This document shows, piece after piece, positions 10,862-20,688 of a DNA stretch of 64,000 bases. Both the position numbers and the translations under genes were made by a program. This DNA comes from an uncultured Ruficoccus sp. Lineage in GTDB: Bacteria; Verrucomicrobiota; Verrucomicrobiia; Opitutales; Cerasicoccaceae. A model generated the notes under the pieces. That model ran no database searches and was not told the DNA's origin. It saw nothing but the letters and a program-made list of their open reading frames with translations. Each line of letters starts with the position of its first letter. Position 1 is the first letter of the stretch. The stretch covers positions 256,001 through 320,000 of the forward strand of contig OZ223481.1 of assembly GCA_965140785.1 (NCBI GenBank), in the 5' to 3' direction.

Positions 10862-12751
10862 CTACGCGCCCACCCGGGCGCTGCCGCGGCTTTGATTTTC
10901 CAGGCCGTGGTCGGGCTCGCTCAGGTCGTCGGGGTCGAGGGCGGCGACGACCTCGGTCCACTTCATGCCCGGTTCGGGGTCGCGGGTAAGGGGCAACGGC
11001 TCGCCGTGCGCCTCGAAGCTGAAGAGGCGGATCGGGGACTCGCCCCAGGCGGCCTCTCCGGTGAAGCGCAGGGCCCGGACTTCGCGCCCGACAGGGAGCA
11101 CGACCAGGCGGCGGCGGTTGTCGGTGTCGGCGTAAAGGCTTTCCCACTGACCGCTGGCGCTCTGGGCCTCGATCTTGTAGGCGCGTACAAGCTGCTTGGG
11201 CATGGTGCAGTGGCGCTCCTGGTGCGGGTAGAGGACTGGCATCCTCTTGTTGTCATTGAGGTCGCTGTCGAAGACCATGCGGAGGCACTCGACCTTTTGC
11301 GGGTTCTTGAACGACAGGGTCAAGGGCGTGCCGGGGGCGGCTTCCCAGGCGTGGTCTTCGCCGTCGATGGGGCGCTCGTGGCCGTCGAACAGGGCACCGG
11401 TTGCGACCGGACTGTCGAACTCGCTCCCGCGCATCAGCTCGGGCAGGGGCTTGGCCAGACCGGGCAGCCAACAGTCGTCCTCCATCAGCATGCGCTGAAG
11501 CTCCTGCAGGGCCGGGCCGGTGATCTGGCCAGGGCGAATCGAGCGTTGCACACAGACGGCGGCGGCGGTGCCGACCGCCTGTCCCATGAGGGCACAGGTG
11601 GCCATGACGCGCGTCGAGGACATCGCGCTGTGGGTGGCCGAGATGTTACGCCCGGCGCAGAAAAGATTGTCCACGTTGCGCGAATACAGGCTGCGCAGCG
11701 GAATCCCGTAGGGGGAGGGGGCCTTGTGGAAGATGGTAGGCTTGCCCGGGTAATAGAGGCCGGCGGGGTGGTGGTCGTCCATGCTCCAACCGCCGTAGGC
11801 GACGATGTCCTCAAAGGGACCGGCGGCGTCCACGTCGTGTTGGGTCAGGATATGCTCGCCGAGGTAACGGCGGTTTTCGCGCTTGCCGGGCAGGGCGCCC
11901 ATCCAGCGCAGGCGCCAGTTGGTCAGCTTTTCGGCCTGGGGGCCGCGATTTTTCATGTAGTCCCAGACGCCCCAGGTGACTTTATAGAGGTCGTCGCGGA
12001 TGCTTTCGGCGTCGTCGATCGTGTTGAGCAGGCCGCCGAGTTCCAGCCACCAGAAGTTCTGGCCCAGGCCGGAGCCGACGCGGGAGGGCAGGTTGGAGTC
12101 CTGGTCAAAGTGGTAGGCCCACACGGGCGGGGAGAAGGGCTGCGGGTGGGGCGTCTCCTCCAACTGCATCAGGATGGTGTTGCCCATGGTCTTGAGGTCG
12201 GCCTTGAGCGGGGCGATGGACTCGCCGAACTCCTCGCGGCTCTCCCGGCCCGAGCGGGTCTCCGCGCCCGAAAGGGGCGCCAGGATGGAATCGCCCGAGC
12301 TGTCGATGAAATACCGGGCCTGAACGCGGTGGCGGATCTGGGTGGTGAGCTGCCAAGCGTCGATGGCGACGAGCCTGCCGTCCTCGATCTCGGCCCCGTG
12401 GCAGGAGCAGTTGAGCAAGGTGGTCAGCCCAGGGGTCATCTTGGCGTACTCGAACAGGACCGAATCCCAGACCGCATACATGCCCTGCGGGTTGCGGTGA
12501 ATGTTGCCCAGCTGCATCTCCTCCAGCAGGCCGGTTTCCTTCTTGTGCTGGCCGTGTGCGCCGCAGATCCACATGCGCACCTCCGAGGAGGCATTGCCGC
12601 CGAGCACGGGGCGGTCATGTACCAGCACCACGGAGCAGCCCCGCCGGGCTGCCGAGACGGCGGCGATGAGCCCGGCCATGCCCCCGCCGACCACGCAGAC
12701 GTCGGCGGTGTGGGTTTGCTGGGGTAAACGGGATTGGGTCTGAGTTGCCAT
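10862..12751 (-). CDS. FAD-dependent oxidoreductase (FAD_oxidored family) with C-terminal beta-sandwich
   Basis: VVGGGMAG, DRPVLGGNASSE, GKRENRR, CAGRNISATH, RVMATCALMGQAVGTAA. Confidence 0.9.
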   Translation of the reverse strand: MATQTQSRLPQQTHTADVCVVGGGMAGLIAAVSAARRGCSVVLVHDRPVLGGNASSEVRMWICGAHGQHKKETGLLEEMQLGNIHRNPQGMYAVWDSVLFEYAKMTPGLTTLLNCSCHGAEIEDGRLVAIDAWQLTTQIRHRVQARYFIDSSGDSILAPLSGAETRSGRESREEFGESIAPLKADLKTMGNTILMQLEETPHPQPFSPPVWAYHFDQDSNLPSRVGSGLGQNFWWLELGGLLNTIDDAESIRDDLYKVTWGVWDYMKNRGPQAEKLTNWRLRWMGALPGKRENRRYLGEHILTQHDVDAAGPFEDIVAYGGWSMDDHHPAGLYYPGKPTIFHKAPSPYGIPLRSLYSRNVDNLFCAGRNISATHSAMSSTRVMATCALMGQAVGTAAAVCVQRSIRPGQITGPALQELQRMLMEDDCWLPGLAKPLPELMRGSEFDSPVATGALFDGHERPIDGEDHAWEAAPGTPLTLSFKNPQKVECLRMVFDSDLNDNKRMPVLYPHQERHCTMPKQLVRAYKIEAQSASGQWESLYADTDNRRRLVVLPVGREVRALRFTGEAAWGESPIRLFSFEAHGEPLPLTRDPEPGMKWTEVVAALDPDDLSEPDHGLENQSRGSARVGA

Positions 12752-12820
12752 GATGATAACCAGTCTGTCTCACGGGACCGGTGGGCACAATGGGATTGCC
12801 AATCAGGAATTGCACATTTT

Positions 12821-13729
12821 ATGTCAAATATTCAACATATGCCGATGAGGAAAAAACCACCGGCCTCGATTTACCCGTCTTTCCGCCTCAACCAGTGGGT
12901 CGCGCTGCGGTTGCAACTGCTCTGGGCCTACGAAAAGGTGATGGAGACCAGCACGAGCGTGAGCAGGGGCACAGAATACACCTTTCAAAGCGCTCTGCTG
13001 GTGCGCAAGGGATGGGCGCTGCTCGGCAGCTCCGAGGAAGAGGCCCTGCGCGCCGATCCCGGCCAGTGGATTATCCTGGGGCAGGGCTGGCGCTGGCAGC
13101 GTTTCAGCCCGGATTGCGTGCTGTTTTCGATCGGTTTCCGCTTCCAACTGCCCAACGGCGAGCCGATCTACGACAAGGGTTTCCCCCTGCGGATCGAGTC
13201 GGAGGATTTTCCACAGCTCAAGCGCGAGGCTTTCAAGGTCATGCGCTCGATTAAAAAGCACATCGGGCTGGGCTTTTACCTGGGCGAACGTTCCATCGAC
13301 ATGCGTGACTACCTGTTGTCCCAGAACGCCCTGCGGCTTTTCCTGATCGAGCTGGCCGCGGTCTTTTCCGCGCACGGCATCGCCCCGCGGCACCTGAGCG
13401 AGCACAGTGACCCGGTGCGCGGCACCCTGGAGCTGATCCAGCGCATGCCTCCCGGAAAGGTCTTGAAAAGCGCCGAAGTCGCCCGTCGCATCGGCCTGAG
13501 CCAGACGCACCTGGACCGCCTGATGGTGGTCGAGACCGGCCACACCGTCCACCAGCAGATCGAGCTGCTGCGGCTTCAGCAGGCGCAGGCCGCGCTTCAG
13601 GCCCGGACCGCCTCGCTCAAGTCCATCGCCTACGACCTGGGCTTCTGCTCGCCCTCGCACTTCCACAGTTGGTTTCGCCGCCACCAGGGCATGACCCCCA
13701 TGCAGTTCCGCGAGCGCAACGCCTGGTAG
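12821..13729 (+). CDS. AraC family transcriptional regulator, divergent from the oxidoreductase
   Basis: C-terminal IAYDLGFCSPSHFHSWFRRHQGMTPMQFR. Start at 12821 or 12839. Confidence 0.9.
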   Translation: MSNIQHMPMRKKPPASIYPSFRLNQWVALRLQLLWAYEKVMETSTSVSRGTEYTFQSALLVRKGWALLGSSEEEALRADPGQWIILGQGWRWQRFSPDCVLFSIGFRFQLPNGEPIYDKGFPLRIESEDFPQLKREAFKVMRSIKKHIGLGFYLGERSIDMRDYLLSQNALRLFLIELAAVFSAHGIAPRHLSEHSDPVRGTLELIQRMPPGKVLKSAEVARRIGLSQTHLDRLMVVETGHTVHQQIELLRLQQAQAALQARTASLKSIAYDLGFCSPSHFHSWFRRHQGMTPMQFRERNAW

Positions 13730-13831
13730 CATTCCGGGCCATTACCTAGACGCCTCCTGCGGACCGGAAAAACCCCGCATGCCGTGGATTTTAGGCTTTC
13801 GACGCGGTAGATGGGGTGGTTATTTCCTGTT

Positions 13832-16000
13832 ATGCCATCCACTGCTTCTCATATTGTTTCAGCTTCCGAAAACGCCTTGGCGCGGGTGAAATTTCAACCC
13901 GTTCCAGACTGGGCCATCCTGCATGAAGCCCCCGCCGACGTGGCGCGCAAGGATGGAGACGTGCTAACGCAATTACTGATCGATTTGCAGCATCACCGGC
14001 AGGATCAAGCCGTCTTCCAGCATCGGGTGATCCGGCTGGAGAGCATGGACGCCGTCCAGCACCTGTCACAATGGACGCTGGATTTCTGTCCGTTGACGCA
14101 GCATATCATCCTGCATGACCTGACGGTGATCCGGGGCGGTGAACGCAAGCAGTACGCGCACCCTGATAACATTCGCCTGTTGAACCGAGAGCGTAATCTG
14201 GAAGCGTTTATCGTGGACGGTCTGGCCACGCTCCTGATTGTCCTGGCGGACATTCGTGTCGGGGACATCATTGATCAGTCGCTGACTATTGTCACCCGCC
14301 CGCATTTGCTTACAGAGGAGTTTTTTGATTTCTACTCGTTGCCGGTTCAGACACAGATCGGCGCCTTTTACTACTCGGTCACGGCCCCGGCCGGAAAGCT
14401 CCCCCAGTGGCGTGGATCGGAGTCGATGGGGGAGCCTGAAACTATTGCCGAAGACGGGAGTGAGCGCCTCCTCTGGCGGAGGGAAGGGGTATCGCGTTTC
14501 GAAAGCGAGCCCAACGTGCCGGCCTGGCACATGCCTCCGGCCTGGTTGCAGTTCTCGAGTCTGGACAGCTGGGAGTCGGCCTCACGTGCCACGGCAGCGG
14601 CCTGGCCGCGGTGTGGCGATGGGACGGAGATCGAGACATACATTGCCAGTGTCAAAGCCGAACATCCGACGCTGGAAGCCCAGATCGAAGCGGTCCTGCG
14701 GTTTGTGCAGGACGATTTCCGCTACCTGAGCGTCAACGAAGCTGTCGGCGGGCAGATCCCCAGCGCTCCAGATACGGTGCTGGGCCGCCGCTATGGCGAC
14801 TGCAAGGATTTGTCCCTCCTGCTGACGGAATTCCTCGCCCGGCTGGGAGTGCGTGCGCGACCCCTGGTTGTTAACGCAACTATCGGCAAGACCCTTCCGC
14901 AACTTCTGCCCAGCCTCGATCTTTTCAATCACGCCATTGTTTCCTTCTTTTACGAGGACAGGGAATACTGGGTCGATCCGACTCTCAGTACGCAGGGCGG
15001 GGGGCCCTTTCGGCGCGCCGTGGGAGAATTCACCCACGGCCTGCCGATTGAGACGGCGGGCGTGGGCCTGCTCTCCCAGCCAGACTCCGGCAGCCGGGAT
15101 TCGTATCAGCTCTATGATACCTTGCTCCTGGACACCGCCGGCGGGCATTCCCTGTTGAGAATCCAGATCCTCGCGACGGGCCGTCATGCCGACGGTTTTC
15201 GCAACCGCCTGCACCGGGCCGGAGAGGAGGGCTTCAGGCAGGATTTAATCAACCAGACGCGGGAGCGTTACAAGGTCGAGGAAATGCCCGATAAGCCGGT
15301 TTATGAAGATGACCGTGACGCCAATATCTGGCGCATGGTCGAGGTCTACCAACTGCCCCGGTTGCAGGGCAGCCAGAACGGCCAGTACGGGGTGAGCCTG
15401 CCGGACGGTCTGCCGCTCATGTTGCTACCTTTTCCAGATGATAAAAAGCGGCAGGCTCCCTTTGCCGTGCCCACTGACATCGACATCACGCACACGACGG
15501 AAATCCGGTCCCCTGCCAACCGGCGTCAACCCGGTCGCGCCGAACGCGCAACCTTTAATGACATCCACTTAACCGTGGATACGCGGTTCAGGGACCAGAT
15601 ATGGAAGCATGTCGTTTCCCTGAAGTCGGGCACGGATCATATCCTGCCGAAAGATATCGACGTTTTCCGGACATCCTTCCGCAAGCCCATGCAGGAAGCC
15701 GGCATGTCCATCCAGCTTCCGCGTGGGCACCGTCGTCCGCGCCGCGGCAAGGACTTCCTGGAACTGCTGCCGTTGTCATCCGCTACTCCCGAGGCCGGTA
15801 AGATTAATGGCCCGCCCCCCAAAAAAGCGACCCGCGAATTTCATCCGTCCGTTAAAAAATACCGCTCACATTCTTCCGGCTCCCGCCGCCCTGCAGGGTC
15901 CCATACCGATAACAAGAGATCGACCGCCGTCATCTGGGTCGTCATCGGGTTCATCGCCCTGGTGGTGAAGTTTGTACTCCTGCTGATGCGCAATAACTAG
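13832..16000 (+). CDS. DUF3857 + transglutaminase-like domain protein with C-terminal TM anchor
   Basis: DIRVGDII, RRYGDCKDLSLLL (catalytic Cys), FNHAI, YWVDPT; hydrophobic C-terminus. Confidence 0.88.
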   Translation: MPSTASHIVSASENALARVKFQPVPDWAILHEAPADVARKDGDVLTQLLIDLQHHRQDQAVFQHRVIRLESMDAVQHLSQWTLDFCPLTQHIILHDLTVIRGGERKQYAHPDNIRLLNRERNLEAFIVDGLATLLIVLADIRVGDIIDQSLTIVTRPHLLTEEFFDFYSLPVQTQIGAFYYSVTAPAGKLPQWRGSESMGEPETIAEDGSERLLWRREGVSRFESEPNVPAWHMPPAWLQFSSLDSWESASRATAAAWPRCGDGTEIETYIASVKAEHPTLEAQIEAVLRFVQDDFRYLSVNEAVGGQIPSAPDTVLGRRYGDCKDLSLLLTEFLARLGVRARPLVVNATIGKTLPQLLPSLDLFNHAIVSFFYEDREYWVDPTLSTQGGGPFRRAVGEFTHGLPIETAGVGLLSQPDSGSRDSYQLYDTLLLDTAGGHSLLRIQILATGRHADGFRNRLHRAGEEGFRQDLINQTRERYKVEEMPDKPVYEDDRDANIWRMVEVYQLPRLQGSQNGQYGVSLPDGLPLMLLPFPDDKKRQAPFAVPTDIDITHTTEIRSPANRRQPGRAERATFNDIHLTVDTRFRDQIWKHVVSLKSGTDHILPKDIDVFRTSFRKPMQEAGMSIQLPRGHRRPRRGKDFLELLPLSSATPEAGKINGPPPKKATREFHPSVKKYRSHSSGSRRPAGSHTDNKRSTAVIWVVIGFIALVVKFVLLLMRNN

Positions 16001-16251
16001 GGCGAATCGACATTCATGGTTCAATATTGGGTTTGACGTGTTGTATGCTAAAGGATGGCCCGACGTTACGAACTGACAAAGGAACAATTTGCGCAGGAGG
16101 AGGAGCTTCTCCCTGGCAAAGCGGGCGATCCCGAGGAGGCCTAGCGACCAAGATTCATTTGCTGTGCGATGCCCTGGGCAGACCGCTACGCTTCCTGCTT
16201 ACCGGCGGCGAAAAAGCCGACTGCCAGGGTGCGTTGCCGCTGCTGTCCTGA
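15997..16251 (+). mobile_element. IS5-family (IS427-like) remnant A with an internal deletion
   Basis: CTAG followed by a GGCGAATCGACATTCA end. ATG 16055 gives MARRYELTKEQFAQEEELLPGKAGDP, fused out of frame to GRSRGGLATKIHLLCDALGRPLRFLLTGG. Confidence 0.8.
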
Positions 16252-16499
16252 TGAACCTTGATATCGGTCGCATCGAGCATAACAGCGATGTCGTGGCGGG
16301 CACACTGAGCGCCCATCCGCTGGAGCTGCCACTCCCACATCCCCGATTCGCACCAGCGCCGAAACGTACGCCATACACGGTTGCACTTGCCGTACTTGAC
16401 GGGCAGCTGATTCCACATCGAACCGGTGCATAATATCCACCAAATTCCGCTCAAGATACCGTCGAGGTCTCCATATGGACGCCCACGATTGCCGCTCAC
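16240..16499 (-). pseudogene. IS5-family transposase remnant B (N-terminal half)
   Basis: GRP...ILSGIWWILCTGSMWNQLPVKYG...WRTFRRWCESGMW...MLDATDIKVHQD, truncated where it meets remnant A. Confidence 0.8.
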
Positions 16500-16629
16500 T
16501 TCTATACGGTAAGCGGTGTTGATTGTTTTAAGCCTTCACGCAGGACGTAAGGCAGCTCGGCAGCCTTGTGTTGTACCATTCAAAGAGCATGAAGCAGGTG
16601 CAAGGCTTTTAAATTCAAAATATTATAAA

Positions 16630-17838
16630 CTAATGTACTTTGTCTACGCGGCCTAGAGTGGGAGAGAGCTCTGCGCTGGCCCAGGGCAGATGAGCTTCAC
16701 CGAAAAGGAGATTTGCCTCAAAGCAACGCTGGGTGTCCGCATTCAGACTTGGAATATGTTGATAGATGTCGCCGTTGAGATTGCTGGTCTTAATATATCG
16801 CGGGGGAACACTTTCGATTTCACAGTCACGGTGCAAGCGCACCACCAGCTCGGTGTGAGCACGGGCCATGGGCAATGTACACAATGGCGCCGTTATGCCT
16901 TCGATATGATCCAGAAACTTATCAATGATTAGTGTAGTCTGAAAAACATCCCGAGGAGGATATCTGCGTGGAGGTTCACCGGGCACTTCAATGGTTACGC
17001 CGTCGTCTTGAGTCCAGCGCAAGTTGCCGTTGCTGCCTTCAAGAAGGACAACGGGCTGGATCGATGCAGGGCTGCTGTGACTTCCCCAAAAGCTGAGTTC
17101 CTGACCGGTATCGAGCTGTGCACGAAGGCTGACCGTATCAAAGCTTTCGATATCCTGTACCCGGTACAGGCTTGCTTGAAGGGAGTGGCAACGCGCTGCG
17201 GCGTGTTGCTTGGCACCTGCCAGGAAGAGGCCGAGATTGACGAAATGCGCCATGGCATTATTAACCGGTGAGTCCAATACCCAGCCGATATTGTTACGCA
17301 ACCGCCCAGCCCAGTTGTTACGCTGATAATAGCTGCTGGGGCGCGGCCACAGGCACATAGCTCGAATGCGTTGGATTTGTCCTAGGTCGCCAGCCAGGAT
17401 CGTTGCTTTGGCCCACTGTAGACACGGACGATAAATATCTTGAAAGCCCACAGCGACGGTTTTCCCTGACTGAGCTTCGGCCTCGATCATAGCATCGACT
17501 TCTTCCAAGCTAGCGGCAGCTGGTTTTTCCAACAGCACATTCGCGCCCACAGCTAGGGCCTGTCGTGTCATGGAACAATGCCAGGCGATGCCCGTCGGGA
17601 TGATGCACAGGTCGATCTTGCCCGCTTGCTCCGCCCATAGATCGTCCACGCTTGAGTAGAGTTTGACCTTGGCGTCGCACAGTTTCTGACAGGCCCCATG
17701 CGCTTCCTCTGGGTTGATAACCACAGCGGCACGGAAATCGACACGCTCCCGCAGCTCGTCTGACAACAAGGCCCGCAGATGGATAGCTCCATAGCCGGTA
17801 ATGCCAATCAAGGCGATGCGCTGTCTTGATAAGGGCAT
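16630..17838 (-). CDS. Gfo/Idh/MocA family oxidoreductase
   Basis: IALIGITGYG, VLLEKP, VAVGFQ, YYQRNNWAG. Confidence 0.9.
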   Translation of the reverse strand: MPLSRQRIALIGITGYGAIHLRALLSDELRERVDFRAAVVINPEEAHGACQKLCDAKVKLYSSVDDLWAEQAGKIDLCIIPTGIAWHCSMTRQALAVGANVLLEKPAAASLEEVDAMIEAEAQSGKTVAVGFQDIYRPCLQWAKATILAGDLGQIQRIRAMCLWPRPSSYYQRNNWAGRLRNNIGWVLDSPVNNAMAHFVNLGLFLAGAKQHAAARCHSLQASLYRVQDIESFDTVSLRAQLDTGQELSFWGSHSSPASIQPVVLLEGSNGNLRWTQDDGVTIEVPGEPPRRYPPRDVFQTTLIIDKFLDHIEGITAPLCTLPMARAHTELVVRLHRDCEIESVPPRYIKTSNLNGDIYQHIPSLNADTQRCFEANLLFGEAHLPWASAELSPTLGRVDKVH

Positions 17839-17861
17839 GTGTTCTTAACCCCTTAGCAACC

Positions 17862-19544
17862 TCATGGGGTAGTTGGCTCCAAGCCATCCGTGGGAGGTTT
17901 CTCCAGAGGAATTGCATCCGAAACAGATTGCTCTTCTGCCTCTGAGGGGTGTTCGTTAAGGGAGAAATATTTGAAAAGAACCTTGGCGCGATCGGTCGTT
18001 TCCTTGGCAAGAACATGTGTCTTGGGGTCAGCGGGCAGGTTCGCATGTTCGAGGCTCCAGCCGGGCCATTCGCGGAAAGAGTGGTAAGTCCAATCCCAAC
18101 CGTATTCCTCGAATATGCTAATCAAGTCGTCAAGATAGCGACTAGCCCCGGGAGCCCAGCGTACGACACTGAACTCGCCGACGTAGATATGGGCATTGGT
18201 ATCGAGCTGAAACTGGCGTACGGGCTGAAGCGCATCACGCAGGTAGTCCTTGTCGAAAGGCTTCCCGTGGATAACGCCCGGGTAATCAACCTGACGACTG
18301 GCGGCCGTTTCCCCCCAGGAATTGTGAACGCCCTGGTGCGTGTATTCGCCGGGTTGGTACATGTGCACCTGGTAGATGACATTGGGGATGTCCACCGGTG
18401 CCAACCAACGAAACTCGCTCGGATTACTCCATCCGTCCACCGTTATGCTGATAGCGGTATCCGGATCGATGGCACGGATGGCCTTGGCGGCAGCAATCTG
18501 AGTCCCCAGCCAGTCGTTGACGCCTTCGGGTGATGGCTGCAATTGCACAGGTTCATTGATCAAATCGTAGGCCCAAATGGCGGGGTGATATTTGTAACGG
18601 AACGCAATTTTCTCCCAGAGTTCAATGAAGTGCTCCTGATAAGGTTTTTCCAGGAACATCCGCATGCTCCTGTCTGACATACGGCCACCGGGAGGTGAAT
18701 GGATGTCAACGATGAGCTTGATGCCATGACGTTGCGCAGCGTCTGCTGCCTGGTCCAGTTCTTCCAGTTCCTGATTCATCCAACGGTCATACTCTTTCAA
18801 ATCCAGGTTTTGACCGGTCTTGCCCCAATTGCGGGTGATTTGCCAACGGACGAGGTTGACGTTCCATTCCTGGAGCGTGGCAAAGTCTTCCTCGCTAAAG
18901 CGATGGGGCGACATCACCCCGCGCAACCGCGGCAGGTCGTGCCCACGATAGACCGGGCCGGGATCCTCCGGCAAGGCAGGACGCTCGGCGATGGTCCGCC
19001 AGGCTATAAACTCAACATCGGTAAACCAAGCCGTGCCGGAGCAGTTCTGCAAACCGAGGTAAAGCTTGGCATCGGTGGCGTCCTCCGGCACAGGAATGAC
19101 AACACTGGTTTGGCGAAAATCAAAGGAACCGAAGAGGGATCCCTGCCCCAGCCAATGCTCGCCAGTCGATGGAGTTTTAAAGGCCAACATGCACTTAACC
19201 CCGTAGTAACTACGGTCCGGCTGGCTGACATCCTGCGCCTTAACCTTGGCGCGCATGAGCATCACCTGACCACGCCAGGGACGCAAGTCCACCGGGATGG
19301 TGAGGGCGTTTAGCCGGCTCGTATCTCCCTGCGGAGAAACGTGTGCCTTGAGACAGGCCGCATCCTCAGGCCCCGTCTTTTCCCAAGCAAACCCAGCGGG
19401 CAAGGGCATGGCCTGAACCTCTGGCGAAGCCATATCCACGCGATAGACGACTTTGGACGCGCTATCGTTTTGGCCCCTGGACAATGCCGGGGCGACCAAT
19501 GCCGCAGATACGGCAATTATTTGGGTAAGGGATCGAAGCGACAT
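17862..19544 (-). CDS. Secreted GH5-type glycoside hydrolase with N-terminal CBM-like module
   Basis: Signal peptide; WNVNLVR, VDIH, YDLINEP (acid/base), HMY, YVGEF (nucleophile). Confidence 0.88.
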   Translation of the reverse strand: MSLRSLTQIIAVSAALVAPALSRGQNDSASKVVYRVDMASPEVQAMPLPAGFAWEKTGPEDAACLKAHVSPQGDTSRLNALTIPVDLRPWRGQVMLMRAKVKAQDVSQPDRSYYGVKCMLAFKTPSTGEHWLGQGSLFGSFDFRQTSVVIPVPEDATDAKLYLGLQNCSGTAWFTDVEFIAWRTIAERPALPEDPGPVYRGHDLPRLRGVMSPHRFSEEDFATLQEWNVNLVRWQITRNWGKTGQNLDLKEYDRWMNQELEELDQAADAAQRHGIKLIVDIHSPPGGRMSDRSMRMFLEKPYQEHFIELWEKIAFRYKYHPAIWAYDLINEPVQLQPSPEGVNDWLGTQIAAAKAIRAIDPDTAISITVDGWSNPSEFRWLAPVDIPNVIYQVHMYQPGEYTHQGVHNSWGETAASRQVDYPGVIHGKPFDKDYLRDALQPVRQFQLDTNAHIYVGEFSVVRWAPGASRYLDDLISIFEEYGWDWTYHSFREWPGWSLEHANLPADPKTHVLAKETTDRAKVLFKYFSLNEHPSEAEEQSVSDAIPLEKPPTDGLEPTTP

Positions 19545-19549
19545 TGCTT

Positions 19550-20653
19550 TTAAGTGCTTTGGCGTACGACCAAGTCTCCACTGACCAGAATATCCTGGCT
19601 ATCCACGTTTGGCTTACCGGTGACCAGGTCTTCCAACAACTCATAGGCCTGCGCCCCCAGTTTCTCGAAGCTCACTCGATAGCTGGTCAGACCCAGTTCC
19701 TCGTTGCGGCTGTCATAGTCGTCAATACCGGCAACTTTAAATTGCTCGGGTACTTTGATGCCGCGTTCAGTGAGAACCTCCAGCAGACCATAGCTGATGA
19801 TGTCGTAGGCGCACACCACGCCGTCGACCTCGTCCAGTGCACCGGAGTCAAGATACTTGCGAGCCAAGGTCGTTGGAAACTTGAGACGGTCCGCGAAGTT
19901 GGTATCAATCGCCTTGTTTAACATGAATGACTTCGGCGGGATTTTGAGTCCGGCATTACGCAAGGCCCAACGATAGCCGAGCGAGCGGTCTCGTACGGAG
20001 ACACTCCAAGCCCGGTCGGAAAGAAAACCAATGCGCTTGCAGCCTTGCTCGATCAGGTGCTGTGTGACCGTGTAACCCGCGTGAAATCCATCGACAATAA
20101 CCGACGGGGCCTCCAGACCGTTCAGCGTTGAACCCGCCAGCACGATAGGCAGATGTGACGACTCCAGCACTTGAGAGAACTGCACCAGATGCTGAAAGCT
20201 GGGCACCATCGGGTGGATGATAGCCCCCTGTACCTCAAACTCGGCCAGGCGACTGATAAGCTCCATCTCACGGCGCGAATCGATGTCCGCCGTTAGCATG
20301 ACGATGCGTCGGTTTTTCTCCTGAGCACGTTGCTGAAACCCGCGCAACATCCGCCACAGGCCTTCGTGCTGGTCGCTGGGCGAAATGAAAGCAAAAGCGT
20401 TAAGGTCGAGTTCCTCCGCCTTAAGGCTTTTCTGATTGCGCAAGATACGCGTGCCGTCGCGGGGCTTACGCTCGACTAACCCCTCATGCACCAGCAGAGC
20501 CACAGCCTTACTGATGGTCCCAGTGCTGCACTGGAATCGCTCAGACAATTCTTTCTCGGTCGGCAGCTTATCATTGATTTCACCCGACAACACTTCCTTG
20601 CGGAGTTGCTGGCTGATGATGGACTGCTTTCTCGAATTTTTAACTCTGGTCAT
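19550..20653 (-). CDS. GntR HTH + LacI-type sugar-binding regulator
   Basis: KLPTEKELSERF...LVHEGLVER, then a periplasmic-binding-like domain (GIKVPEQFKVAGID). Confidence 0.9.
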   Translation of the reverse strand: MTRVKNSRKQSIISQQLRKEVLSGEINDKLPTEKELSERFQCSTGTISKAVALLVHEGLVERKPRDGTRILRNQKSLKAEELDLNAFAFISPSDQHEGLWRMLRGFQQRAQEKNRRIVMLTADIDSRREMELISRLAEFEVQGAIIHPMVPSFQHLVQFSQVLESSHLPIVLAGSTLNGLEAPSVIVDGFHAGYTVTQHLIEQGCKRIGFLSDRAWSVSVRDRSLGYRWALRNAGLKIPPKSFMLNKAIDTNFADRLKFPTTLARKYLDSGALDEVDGVVCAYDIISYGLLEVLTERGIKVPEQFKVAGIDDYDSRNEELGLTSYRVSFEKLGAQAYELLEDLVTGKPNVDSQDILVSGDLVVRQST

Positions 20654-20688
20654 GATAGGATCATTATATCAGGCACACGTATGAATGG

